From positions 62,558,001 to 62,622,000 of the forward strand of contig NC_042998.1 in the NCBI RefSeq assembly GCF_006345805.1: 64,000 bases of DNA, read 5' to 3'. The DNA comes from Octopus sinensis. Its lineage: Eukaryota. Position 1 is the stretch's first letter. Each line of letters starts with the position of its first letter. The notes beneath the pieces were generated by a model that was given only the letters and a program-made list of their open reading frames with translations, was not told where the DNA came from and did no database searches. Below are positions 15,696 through 28,632 of this stretch, piece by piece. The translations under genes were made by a program, and so were the position numbers.

Positions 15696-16321
15696 CAAAA
15701 CTGCGAAGACGGCTAATTGGCACTGAAGTATTGGATAGAAAACCTCACACTCTTTGTTCTTTCTCATTCACCCTTTTAGCAAAGGTGCCAGACGGAGGAG
15801 TTAGTCCGGATAACGGATTAAGTCTACCACGCCAGTAAGTTATGACAAAACGCAAGGAATTCGGAACAAATAACTACAGGCATCTGTTCCGACGTTCTTA
15901 CATCCTTTTTCACCAATCCACCACACTTTGTTCTTACTCTTACAGCCGAGATCACCTTCATCTTCATTTTTTTACGGGTTGATAAAATAGTTACCAACCT
16001 AGGACGGTAGATTGACGGAACAGTTAGAGGGACGGGCAAAATGTTTTCTGGTATCTGCTCAGTCTGTTTGTGCTTGACAACAAAGTCTGCGGCGATACTG
16101 ATACAAAGGTCTCATTAAGCGAAATTTCCTTTGGATTAAACATCAGTGGCGTGAAGAGCGGAAACCTATATACATGGGCCACAAATAGTCGTCCAGGTAA
16201 ATGTTGTTTCCCATTCTGGCACATGGTAAACACAGTATATTTCTGAATTTGTTAGCCCTCTTGTATGCATATGTACAAAGTAGTTGCAACAAAATATTTG
16301 AAAACAATTCAAGACAAGTTG

Positions 16322-16702
16322 GTTTACTTTCTCTTTTACTCTTTTACTTGTTTCAGTCATTTGACTGTGGCCATGCTGGACCACCGCCTTTAGTCGAGCA
16401 AATCGATACCAGGGCTTATTCTTTGTAAGCCTAGTACTTATTCTAAGTCACGGGGACGTAAACACACTAGCATCGGTTGTCAAGCGATGTTGGGGGGACA
16501 GAACAGACAGAAATACACACACACACATATATATATACGACAGGCTTCTTTCAGTTTCCGTCTACCAAATCCACTAACAAGGCTTTGGTCGGCCCAAGAT
16601 TATAGCAGAAGACACTTGCCGAAGGTGCCACGCAGTTGGACTGAACCCGGAACCATGTGGTTAGTAAGCAAGCTACTTACCACGCAGCCACTCCTACGCC
16701 TA
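16322..16702 (-). mobile_element. SINE family B, full length
   Basis: GGCGTAGGAGTGGCTGCGTGGTAAG (A box), GGTTCAGTCC (B box), TTCGGCAAGTGTCTTC core-like segment, 3' AGTAAAAGAGT tail. Confidence 0.9.
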
Positions 16703-17299
16703 TGTGGGAAAAAATGAAAAAATTCTGATTGCTTTATTGTCATCATACAATTTCTTGATGCATATATATATCCCCGTGGTTTACAAACGAAGTTCTTAAC
16801 AACTCATCTATAATTTAGCATAATATATTTGACAAAATGTCATATTTCGGGATAGTAATTGTTTTTTCTTGTCAAATAAACACATGCACTCTACATTCGT
16901 TCTTCACTCGTTTATTATTGTTCTTATTTTATCTTATGTCCATTGTCTGGAAGTCTTTCGTCACAAATCGGCGACCTCCTCAGGGCCTCTTCCATCCATG
17001 TATTTCCTACTGTTCTGTTTAGTCCATTCTTGACAAAATGTTTCATTCAAATATAAGATTGAATCACTTTTAGTAAAAAGTTATGTCCTTTGTTCTATGT
17101 TCGAGAAATGCTGCGTTGTAAATATCAAAAGAAAAAACAAAAACAACGCTTCTGTAATACCCGATGCGAAGTATTTGACTGTCAGGAGGGTTATTATTTT
17201 CTGTTCTTAACGTTCTCTCCAATGAGTGTATATTTTTCCCAAGATTTATTTCTTTTCGGCACCATCTACGAGATTTGATGTGGTTAGAGCGCATCCAGG

Positions 17300-17900
17300 T
17301 GAATTTCTTTCAATATAATTCTCGATTTTATTTAAGAACATCCACCGTATTGAATCCGCATACACAACGAACATTTAATACATGGAAATGCTGCATAAAT
17401 ATGGAGAAGCTGTGTGATGACATTAAAGCGATCAGCATTTTCCCCACAAATGTAGGCCATGTCATGAATTGTTTCCACGGCTTTTAGATGAGTTTTTTTT
17501 TGTTTTTGTCTTTTAAATCATTGAAGTAATTATATTGTCTTACAATAAGCTCAAGAGATTTTTTCCCCATCAGAATTTATGATCTCTTTTGTATTTTTCA
17601 ACGATTGTACAATGTTGACGCTACAATCATAGAATATTTCTTCTGATGCAAAAGAAAGAAAATGAAGCTCATTTACAGGAAATCCTTTCTGCAAATGCTC
17701 ACGTAACAAGGAAACAAATATTAAAAGATTCTGTAACGCAAAAGTCTGTTATTCTCAGATGGATTTAATATTTCGAACTGTGATACAGCTGAAAACAGTT
17801 TTTCAAAGATGTGCTATTATTTTCTAGTCTTAGTAAAGTTTTCCCTTTCACGAATTGTTGAAAAACTTAATGGAGATTAAATTTCATTTTGAAGCATTCA
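17300..17900 (+). mobile_element. Possible hAT transposase C-terminal remnant
   Basis: ISNCDTAENSFSKM resembles the hAT dimerization motif SxAxxERSFSxM; heavily decayed. Confidence 0.3.
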
Positions 17901-18384
17901 CATATTTCAGCTAATTCAACATAGATATTATTTATGCTAGAAATTACAATTCTGTTGCGTCTCGGGAGGGTCATTATGCCAATAATAAACACATGCACTG
18001 GTTCTTATTCACTTTACGTTATTTGTCAATTTTCAAATTACAGTTTAGTAAATATTTGAAAATGTTCTATGCTAGACTTTAGCAGTTGCATAATTATTTT
18101 AATTTTCTTCTATTTTAAGATAATTCAGAAGCGTAATTTATAATTTCGCATTTTGTTCTTCGAGAATGCCCTGAAAACCATGACATCTTATTGGAAATGT
18201 GAAGTGATCATGTTTTCTATAACATGACTTTGCTTTTATCATCGAATTTCTTCTTTCAAAATGGCGGCCATCAGAAAACTGTGCAGTATGCCTTAAGCAA
18301 AGTTTATACTTCCTTTAATATTGGAACTGAATTCTATGCTATATCTTCAAGATATATGTCATAGTGTTGCATTAGATGAGGAGC

Positions 18385-18519
18385 AATATGTCTGGATCAA
18401 CCACATGGTTCCAGGTTCGCTCCCACTGCGTGGTATATTGGGAAACTGTCTTTTGCTAATCCGGCCGACCAAAGCCTTGTAACTGGATCTCGTAGACAGA
18501 AACTGAAAAGAAGCACGTC

Positions 18520-18522
<3 letters not shown>
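18385..18522 (-). mobile_element. SINE family B, 5' half
   Basis: Reverse complement of CCACATGGTTCCAGGTTCGCTCCCACTGCGTGG...GACAGAAACTGAAAAGAAGC. Confidence 0.8.
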
Positions 18523-18556
<34 letters not shown>

Positions 18557-18559
18557 GGA

Positions 18560-19010
18560 GACATTCTACAAAATATATAAATAGTTGATGAGTAAAGCAC
18601 CGGCACAGTTTCCATTACCTGTTGTTATCCGTAGATTTATTGCAGGAACTACGTAGTGGCGGTTGGGATAACATTTTTAATAAAATAGGAAATGGAATAT
18701 GTAACAGACTTTATTGGGTACAGTACATGTTTCGAACCGTTCTGAGTCTCCTCAGGTACATCAATAAAAAGTTTCACTGTTGATTTCTGGAATCGGCTTA
18801 CGTATCGTTATATGCCAATCAAATTCGAGAATGAGTAAAATCAGAGAAAAATTATTCAAACGCAAAAACTTCAAATATTAATGTGGAAATTATACATTCT
18901 AGTTTAGAGAAAATGCCGTAATGAGTTTTCGCTGTTGTAACTGTTAAGAGAAAGAAAAGGAAGTAGAAGTTGAAAGGAAGGTAATACTTAGACGAAATTG
19001 GTTTTGTGTT
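18560..19010 (-). mobile_element. Penelope-like pLTR with degenerate HHR (about 18715-18760)
   Basis: CUGAGGA-GACUCAGAACGGUUC-GAAA-CAUG-UA; stem I out of register. Confidence 0.45.
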
Positions 19011-19019
19011 CGTGCTTAG

Positions 19020-19056
19020 ACGCATATAAACAGACACACACATACATACACACACA

Positions 19057-19100
<44 letters not shown>

Positions 19101-19545
19101 CGCATATATGCATACACCCTCACACATGCACACGTATGGACGAATATACATATATATATATGTATGGGAACACATATACGCAGGTACACACGTATATATA
19201 TATAATATATATATATATATAATATATATATATATATATTATACATATATATATATATACATAAATAGGCGTACATAGTATAGATAAATATGTGCATAGA
19301 TTCGTACGTAAAACAAGATACAGACGTCTGTGCAAAACTTGATACACACACGTGTTAATACACTCGCGTATACACTTAAGTAAATATATATACGTATATA
19401 TGTATACATATACTTATACATACACACACACACATACATATATGTATGTATGCATAGACACACGCCTGCATACACGTATACACATATTCATACTAATATA
19501 TACATACACCTACAAAAACGCATATGCACACATGAATATGTAGAC

Positions 19546-19600
<55 letters not shown>

Positions 19601-19725
19601 TATACACATACGCACACACACATACACGCACACACATATATATAGAGATATATACACATACACACATACACGTGCATATATATGCATATATACACATACA
19701 CACATATATACATATACACATATGG
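19020..19725. repeat. (TA)n/(CA)n/(TACA)n compound microsatellite
   Basis: Direct reading. Confidence 0.9.
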
Positions 19726-19769
19726 ATCTAGATTGCAAGATCACATGTCAAATACAAGTTATTCGAATA

Positions 19770-19985
19770 TTTGTGTGTTCCTCTTTGTGTCTGTATTTGC
19801 CCGTCTTGACAACAGGTGTTGGTCTGTTTACATCCCTGTAACATAGCGTTTCGGTAAAAGAGACCGCTAGAATAGATATCAGGCTTAAAAAAAATTTAAG
19901 TACAGTGTTCAATTCATTTACCAAAATTCTTCAAGGCGGTGCCCCAGCATCGCCCCGATCCAATGAGTGGATGAAGTAAAATATA
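19770..19985 (+). mobile_element. SINE family B, 3' half
   Basis: CTTGACAACAGGTGTTGG...CGGTAAAAGAGACCG...AAGGCGGTGCCCCAGCAT. Confidence 0.75.
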
Positions 19986-21228
19986 AGCAATTACAGAAGC
20001 GCTTCTGAAATAAACATCACCATTTTTTTTTATCTGACTTTCAATCCTTGAAATCTTTGGTCACATTTCTTAATTGATTCTGCCTTGAAACACTCAAATT
20101 TTAAAATTCCTCTAAAATGTGTCGACTAGTTTTCGACGGTTGTTTTCATGCATTTAAAATACAAGGAAGGCATTTTACTAACAAAACCACCTGTGCTTTC
20201 ATTACCAAAATGTATAATATCTTGATTTCTGAATTTCCGGCATAATTTCTGAATGAGTGAATGCTGCTATTTGGTGTATTTATTGATTCTAAAAGCTTAA
20301 ATGCATACTATTTACTACATCAACCCGCTGGCAAAGGTAGATATTCAGCCATATTGTCATGGCTATATTTCTCAGAGTTCATTGAAGCGTTTTCTTGTAT
20401 TACAAGTAACATATTGTCTGTAAGAGTTTTTACTTCATTTCTCTTTGAAGCCTTTTAAATGGCTTCACTTATGTTCTCTCTTAATATAAAATTTCCTGAA
20501 AAAGTACTTTTAATGGTTGAATAATTCTGCTTCTAACAATTTCTCCAGCAGAAATATGCTACTTCTATGTTAAATGCCTTTTGAAATAATCTAATTCCAC
20601 ACCTTACCATTTATTAGTAAGCAAGAAGCTTCTACGTCACTACAAATTTTACAGACTAAACCTTGGCTTCCATTGTATTGGAAGATTTCTAACAATTGGA
20701 TTAGCGTACAATTCTTAGATTTTTGTCTACTTTAACTTGTAAGTTATTCCAATCTTTAAGTCGAAAGCACAGCAATTTTGATGTTATACTGTTAGTTATG
20801 TTTGGGTCTGGCCCCATTATGGGTCAGTTGATACATTATTACGCCTATTTCTATTGTTTTTATGTTGGAAAGCAAAAAAAAAAAAGATATATCATGTATA
20901 TCATTTTTATTAACCATTTCGAAATTTTGCTGAAAATAGTTAGACAAGATAAAGTTTATTCAGATAAAATTTGAATAACTTCAGCCAGTTACCAAGTTTG
21001 TGTAGAAAGTTAACATAATTCCCGCCAAATTTATTTGCAGTTATTCAGAAGTAAAAACGCAATGCTGCACCAAACAGAATACTTTACAATATACATCCTG
21101 AGTTCAACTCCAGCACAAGTTCACTTTGATTTTGATCCTTATAGGTGCAGAAAAATTAATTTCCAGTGAATGTAATTGACTATCCACTTTACCTAAATTT
21201 CAGACCTCGCGCCTATAGTAGAAACTAC

Positions 21229-21425
<197 letters not shown>

Positions 21426-22330
21426 TGTTTTAATTCTCGTATTATTTCATTTGTTACATAGTTGCCAATTTGGATTTGTTTTTTATTTTGGTTTGTATTT
21501 GAGAGTTTATGAAGTGGTTCTCTATCATTCATACTTGTATGTCTTACAACTTCAAGCGTATTCAGGATTTTCTGCCTCATTTCTGCTATAGACTCTCTGT
21601 GTTCTTCAGCAAATGCGAGATCTTCAGTTACTGTTGTTTTTTCGTTTTCCTGGCTATCTTTAACAGGTACAATAGAATTTCTTGTATCTTCAGGCCTTTG
21701 TGTACTTTGGTCAGATGGCAGTCTTTCAATTAAGCCTCGTGGCGGGCTATACTGTTCATCTGATTCTTCACTTCCTTTGTGTCTTATATTTATGTCATTT
21801 TCCGTTGCGTGCTTGATCGCGCTTATTTCACTGTCTGTGAGTCTGTTATTTCTAAGGATATCCCTCCTCACATTTGCTAATTTGTTCTCGTCCAAATAGG
21901 GCCTACTGTCTTGATTCCGTGTTCTCCATATACTGTAAGAGTTTGCGGTGTGTCTCTCTTGAGATGGCCTACCTAATGCATAGTAATAAGTGTATATTAC
22001 TTCTTTATACTCTTCTCGGGTCCATTTGTTCCGTTTACATTTTTCTTTCTGTGGTGGTTGTGGTGGTGAACTTGGAGGGCTCGAGTTGGGGGATTTCCCG
22101 TTCAAGTGACCATCCATGTCCGTATTCGGAGAAGAGTTTATGCCAGTTCATGACTTTCGATCCCAGGCTGGCTCTTCCCTGGGGGACGCGCTTCCAGATT
22201 AACCATAGGACAAGCGATTTGGTATACTGATTTAGTTTTCCTTTTAGTTTCCAAAAACATTTTGGTGCTACGATAATGTTATCCTTTTTTAGCTTTGATT
22301 GGCTCGTGGGGAGACGGCCATCATTGCCGT
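21426..22330 (-). mobile_element. 5' end of an R4/Dong element (5' UTR + N-terminal Myb-like region)
   Basis: ORF 22117 down: KWTREEYKEVIYTYYYA...YSIWR...KLANVRRDILRNNRLTDSEI, typical of R4-clade N-termini; truncated at a microsatellite; (AAT)n upstream on the sense strand. Confidence 0.75.
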
Positions 22331-22371
22331 TACAATTATAATCGTACCATTACAATTATAATCGTACCATT

Positions 22372-22430
<59 letters not shown>

Positions 22431-22460
22431 CATTATTATGATGATGATGATGACGATGAT

Positions 22461-22608
22461 GGTGGCGACATGGCAGAATCGTTAGCAGGCTGAACGGAAT
22501 GCTTAGCGGTATTTCGCCCGTTGCTACATTCTGAGTTCAAATTCTGCGAAGGTCGACTTTGCCTTTCGTCTTTTTCGGGGTCGATAAATTAAATACCAGT
22601 TGAGTATT
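22461..22608 (+). mobile_element. SINE family A
   Basis: GGTGGCGACATGGCAGAATCGTTAGC...TTCTGAGTTCAAATTC...GGGGTCGATAAATTAAATACCAG. Confidence 0.85.
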
Positions 22609-22609
22609 G

Positions 22610-23560
22610 AGAGTCTTACAGTTTGTATTAAGGAATCTATCTATTTTTCATTTTTACCAAAAAGCTTCAGTTCATTCATGTAGAGCAAATGGTTCTGAAT
22701 TGATACCCTGCTTTTGCCTTCCTTAATACTATACTGATGGGGATCAAACATAAGACAAATATGAAAGGAGACAACGAGACCCCTGGAAAATTCCCCTTTT
22801 GGTATTAACTTTCCCTAATAGTGTGTCATCTTTCCATTTTTTCATGCTAAAACTAATTAAATCTCTTACGTTGTCTGCTATACTGAATATACTTAATTAT
22901 TCACTTATCCACGAGTGTGGGATCATGTCATAGGCTTTCTCATAATCCATCCATGCTATTGTTAAATTTTTCTTTCTAGCTTTTACTTCATTTAGAACTG
23001 CTTTGTCTATATATAGTAGATCATGCATTCCTCTAGCCTTCTTCCTGCAACCTTTCTGTTTTTCTGGTAGTAAATTCTGGTTGTCAAGGAGCTTGTAAAT
23101 GCTTTCTGAAAGCATTCCTGTTAACAGCTTCCATACTAATAGTAAGCAAGTAATTGGTCTATAGTTGATAGCTGTATTACCCTTGCTCTTATCCTTCATA
23201 ATGAGTATTGTCCTCCCTCTAGTCATCCAATCTGGTATTATTCCTCCATTAAGGCAATCCTGAAGTTGTTCTCTCACCCTCCCATGTAAACTACTGAATT
23301 TCTTTAGCCACTATCCTTCAACTAAATCTAGTCCTGGGCCCTTCCTATTCAGCATTTCCCTTAAAACTTAGATCTGGCTGCTTCTCACTCACAACTTATT
23401 TCCTCATTTTATTTAAATATATATCATTTCCATTATAATTGAGTGGTTTATTCCAAAAATTACTTCAGAACTTTCTAGCCTCCTCTGCATTAGTTTTCCC
23501 ATCTTTAGTACTCCGTTATCTACTATTTATTTGGTTATTAAATCTCATCTGATCTGTCTC
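22610..23560 (-). mobile_element. R4-clade reverse transcriptase fragment
   Basis: KGPGLD..G*WLKKF, PDWMTRGRTILIMK, NYRPITCL, QKGCRK, AWMDYEKAYDMIPHSWI. Confidence 0.9.
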
Positions 23561-24839
23561 AGATAATATATTCTGTTGATACTGATCTATTCTTTAGGTA
23601 AATAATCCTTCGAACAGACGGTCAGTTGCGACGCCTGCTCTACATTGATAAGGGGAAAATACTCCGAAACTAGTCTGTAGTTGCCTGACCAGCAAAGGGA
23701 AGCGGCTGACCTTCCCTGTTCGAAGATTATAATAGACACAGGTTCGTATGTCACATAGCGAGCTAGAGGCGATGGCCTCTTGGAGCTAATCAACGGCAGC
23801 ACTCGTACTATTTTCCTGGACTGCCATGTTAGCTTGGTGATAATTATTAACATCCAGTACCGCTGTCGTAGTCTCCTTTAGAGAGACTTAGAAATATTAA
23901 TATTTATATTTACATTGAAAATGATTTTAGCATTTGTAAGGATATTCAGAGAGTCTTTCTTATTGGTATCTTCGTCGTTGTGTAACAAGTTAATGGCAGT
24001 TGGAAGTGAGAAGGAAATGAATACGTGAATATGTTTGAACGTGTAGACAGGAAACATTGAAAGGCAATTGCAGCGAATGACTTATGTAGGGAGTATAGAA
24101 TTCAAAACGAGGCAGATGTTTTGAGAATCCGCATTGGAAATATTCAACAAGAACTGGAAATTTAAAGTTTCATTAATTTTCCAGACTGATCAATGAGGTA
24201 GTTCTGAATTACACACATACACATACACACACACCACCACCACCACCACCACCACACACACACATGTTTAAATATGTTTGTATGTATTAGATATAAGTCT
24301 ATTGTAATAATGGTTACCACTATATTTCGCTACTCCTTAGCAATTTATTTTATTTTTCAAACAGTCAGCGTCTTTTTTTTTCGATAATTCCAGACATTTA
24401 TTTTCTCTGAAATTCCATTTACACGCCGAATTAGGCAATTTGTTTCATGTTGGTTACACGGATATACTTCAGTAAACTAGGGATTACAATGGAAAAATTA
24501 TTCACTAATTCGAATAATAATTACGAAACGAAAGAAATTACGTAAACGAACCTAATTAATTTACGTTAGATGACGAGCAACCGATAAGAAGTTTACCTTA
24601 AACTTAAAAACTTGACAAAATATTATTTAAAGGTGCAAAATGTAAGCATTTAATATAATATCAGTAATTTATAAAATACCTACAATAGTTCTTGTCGAAA
24701 ACGACGGGGTTCATTTGTGCAAAGGAAAATTTTGTAGTTAGAAATTTTACATAACAGTTTGTAGTGAGAAATTCATTGCAGAGGATTATATAGGATGCTT
24801 CACCATTATATAGATGCATGCATACTTACATGTATGTGC

Positions 24840-24899
<60 letters not shown>

Positions 24900-25559
24900 G
24901 TATGTATATATGTTTATAAATATATGCATATATATTCTCGAACCCAAGTACAAAAAACGCAACAGTGTGAGATAAGGAATTTAGATTAGACTGGTCGATC
25001 ATAACGGAAAACACCCCATATAAAAGCTATACTGGAAGTTATGTACGAACGAAGCAACTGATATATTTCGTATTGACAAGAAAATCTTAATTAATAAATA
25101 TCGGGCGTTGTAATACTTGTAGGCATAAATATTTAGCTACAATTAAGTTTTTTAAAAAAGCAGAAAGGATAGAATTCGATCATATGAACGCCGACTTACC
25201 TTAATGAAATAATAATTTCCTCCACTTTGGTCAACTTAAAGTTTAAGCGTAAAATTCTTTATACTTTGGCATTTTAGTAATTCACGGGCTTAGCGTCGCA
25301 TTCGAACCCATTAACTGTAAGTTAATGATCATTGTAAATTACAAATCACAAATAACAGTGAATTTCTTGACTGTTCCCCTTAACTATCTGCATATATAGA
25401 TTCACCTTACTTTAATTATTTACTATATTTGATTATCAGCAATCCTATTGTCTTATATGGTTAATCAGATTTAACCCGATATTTGAGTCCTCATTTTATT
25501 TTATTATACAAATATTTTTTAATTTCATTCTCAAATGAATTTTACTTCACTACTTTTTT

Positions 25560-25900
25560 CACTTCACAGAGCCTTTTTCTATATACTTTTCAAAATATTA
25601 TAACAAATTTTTAAAAATACTATAAAATTTAAAAACAAAAGTGTAACATTACTCCATATGACTTCAAGTGGGATATATTTTAAACTTTCTCAACATTTAA
25701 ACCATTTTAATCGATTTATTTGTACCTCTGATGACAGAAATGCGACTATTTGTATCGTATGGAAAACTCACCTAATACAAATACATACCTCGAAACGATC
25801 GTAAGGTTGTGTAATACTGCTTTTCTTTGGATTGTAATATTGGAGCGCTTGAAACCTAACATCTCGATGAATTTTTAATGTATTTTGTATTTCCATGATA
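25560..25900 (+). mobile_element. Penelope-like pLTR with degenerate long-stem-II HHR (25724-25807)
   Basis: ACCU-CUGAUGA-...UAUUUGUAU...AUACAAAUA...C-GAAA-CGAUCG-UA^AGGU. Confidence 0.6.
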
Positions 25901-26039
25901 AAGGAACTTGACCTACGAAAATCTGTCATCCACTTTGATTTTTACTATATTTTGCTCATATAAAGCACTAATTAGATGCGCTGTAACAAAGGATTTCCTT
26001 TTCCTTATTATATATATATAATAATAATATTAGGGAATA

Positions 26040-26560
26040 TTATTCCAAACTTACAGGGAAAAATTCAATTTAGAAATGCTAAATCAAATTTCATAATATA
26101 TATATATATATAAATTAGAAAAAAACACCTTTTATCAATTCAACAATGAAAAAATTAAATTATACCATATAGAAAAAAAATAAATATAAGACAAAAACAT
26201 ATACCAATGATTAAGTAATGTGCAAAATAATAAATAAAACGTATATATTTAGTAAAATAACTACACGTCTTTCGTGGCTATATTTCAGAAATGATAACAG
26301 TAAAATCAATTCAATTTAAATATAGCCACTCCTCACCTGAAGCGTATTTAAATTGAATTAATTTCTTAAATATAGCCACAAAATACGTATAGTAATTTTA
26401 CAAAATATATACCTTTTATTTATTATTTTGCACATTATTTAATTATTGGTTTATTTTTTTTCTATAGGATGTAATTTTTTTCTATATGGCATAATTTAAT
26501 TTTTTCATTGTTGAATTGATAAAAGGTGAGTTTTTCTAATTTATATATATATTTATATAA
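26040..26560. mobile_element. Divergent (head-to-head) pair of Penelope-like pLTRs forming an imperfect palindrome
   Basis: About 26109-26335 is inverted at about 26345-26555; both arms carry GTGGCTATA/TATAGCCAC stem II elements and a GAAA-palindrome. Confidence 0.7.
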
Positions 26561-26618
26561 ATATAAAGATATATATTAGTAAAATGGCTAGTCGCAATTT
26601 AAAACCAAAAGACACAAG

Positions 26619-26893
26619 TACAATCGTCACTAAAAGTGATTAAGAGTGTAAGTCAGCGCCAGCATTGCTAGAAATATGAATCACAACAACACTTAGCCAC
26701 GAGCAAAGCACTATTTATTGACTGAAAAGGGAGATAACAGCCCTACAGCAAGCGACGGCGCCAGATCACCGGTGATTTTCGATAAAAGTAATCCTCATCA
26801 GTGTCTCCCTCATCAGCTAAGAGTTGTTTTGAGTCTTATTTCTAGCAATACTGGTGTTGACTTGCACCTTTAGTCACTTTAGTGACGATTACA
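26619..26893. mobile_element. MITE with about 55-bp TIRs
   Basis: AATCGTCACTAAAAGTGATTAAGAGTGTAAGTCAGCGCCAGCATTGCTAGAAAT versus the inverted end ATTTCTAGCAATACTGGTGTTGACTTGCACCTTTAGTCACTTTAGTGACGATT; no clear TSD. Confidence 0.8.
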
Positions 26894-26904
26894 TAAATAT
26901 ATAT

Positions 26905-27302
26905 TCTTTTATTTGTTTTAGTCATTTCACTGCAGCCATGTTGGAGCATCGCCTTTAGTCGAACAAATCGACCCCAGAACTTATTCTTTGTAAGCCTAGT
27001 ACTTATTCTATCGGTCTCTTTACTGAACTGCTAAGTTACGGGGACGTAAACACACCAATATCGGTTGTCAAGCGATGGTTGAGGGACAAACACAGACACT
27101 GAAACACACACACACACACACACATATATATACGAATATACGATGGGCTTCTTTCCGTTTCCGTCTACCAAATCCACTCACAAGGCTTTGGTCGGCCCGA
27201 GGTTATAGTCGAAGACACTTGCCCAAGATGTCAGACAATGGGACTGAACCAGGAACCATATGGTTGGTAAGCAAGTTACTTACCACGCAACCACTCCTGC
27301 GC
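26905..27302 (-). mobile_element. SINE family B, full length
   Basis: Same consensus as 16322-16702. Confidence 0.9.
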
Positions 27303-27796
27303 TAATATATATATATATTTGGAAAATTAAGATAAGCACAAATGTAAATTATTAGTTCCTACATACGTTTCACTATTGCAATTATTCAGAATACAACAAT
27401 GGTAGTTCCAAGCTCATTTAAATGTCCAAGAGCAGTGGATCATCTGGGTACACTTCATTGCATTCTTTTATAGAGATCTAATATTTAGATATATTATAAT
27501 ATTCAGAATGGAACTAATAATTTCTACTTGTGTTTAGCTTAATTTCCCACAACAAATAATATGAATATTATAATTAGTAACACGACCAAGTAGTATAGAA
27601 TGCTCTATGAATTAATTAGATAATGATCATGTTATGTGAAGTAGTCGTACATTTAACTATACACACAAGATACATGCATATAAAATCAAACACACACACA
27701 GTTGATTGTTTTTATATCAATTTATATACAAAAACAAAATTAGAAATATTGCATTTCTAAATCTCCCAGAGAAACTTATACAGTAGCAGCACGATA

Positions 27797-28058
27797 AAGT
27801 GATGGTTTGTTGCCAAGTTAATGTGGTAGTCCTAGGAAATGGAAGAATGCTACTACTATTTAGCCCCAGGAAACATCGTTTCCAGTTGACTGCTTTTCAC
27901 TAGCGTTCTGTGTCCTTAAGCTTTCAAACAGAGGAGAAAAGACACGGAACGCTTGTGTCACGGAGCCAACTGGAAACGATGTTTCCTAGGGCTAAATAGC
28001 AGTAGCATTCTTCCCTTTCCTAGGACTGGCACATTAAGTTGGCAACAAACCATCACTT
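27797..28058. mobile_element. Palindromic MITE, about 110-bp TIRs, TA TSD
   Basis: TA|AAGTGATGGTTTGTTGCCAAG...TTGGCAACAAACCATCACTT|TA. Confidence 0.85.
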
Positions 28059-28632
28059 TATACAAAAACAATTTAACGTTAAACTGAAGAATTTCTAAAT
28101 AGTTTTTAGTCGAATACATAATTATGAAAGTTTTACAAAAAGAGGGATAACACAGAAGAATACAATGTGAAATTATTTACTTACAACATTTTGATATTAT
28201 AATTAAATAATCTATTCTTAATGACCTTTATTGCCCATAACGTTGCCAACGCGAGTTTTCGATGTATGATGGGACACCTGGAGATGCATCTAAAAGATTA
28301 TATGCCAAGCACATTAAGGTGGTATTTATGAACATAATATTTGGTCCCATAAGTTAGAAGGCTAACAGGTAATACACCAACAAACATGGAAATAAATTAC
28401 ATAGGAGCTTCTCTAAAAATGTATATATACCTATCCCAACCAATAAACAATACTGTGAATAGCTGCTCCAGAAAAGTAACACCATCATTTGAAGAATAAC
28501 TAGGAGAGCGTATCGTAAAGAAGAACAGTATAAAAAAGTTTAAGTACTCAAGTTTTAATCGCATTGAATTTCCTCTAAAGATGTGATAAATAAATATTTT
28601 AAGGCGTATTCTTTGTTTTGAATACGCACTGA

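Noticed and set aside
15780-15834. Candidate host exon (TTTTAG|CAAAGG...CGCCA|GTAAGT)
   Set aside because: Lies inside the dispersed repeat pair 15173/15780; no partner exons or recognisable protein
16030-16250. Plus-frame peptide ending GKCCFPFW resembling a fibronectin type II start
   Set aside because: The remaining conserved Cys/Trp are absent and a stop follows
16945-16990. HHR-like CUGAGGA-G-GUCGC/GUGAC-GAAA on the minus strand
   Set aside because: Stems I and III cannot be paired convincingly
20030-20720. Coding-like decayed sequence on the minus strand
   Set aside because: Multiple stops; no motif I can assign
23990-24130. Possible L2-like 3' remnant on the minus strand
   Set aside because: Similarity too short and degenerate to list as a feature
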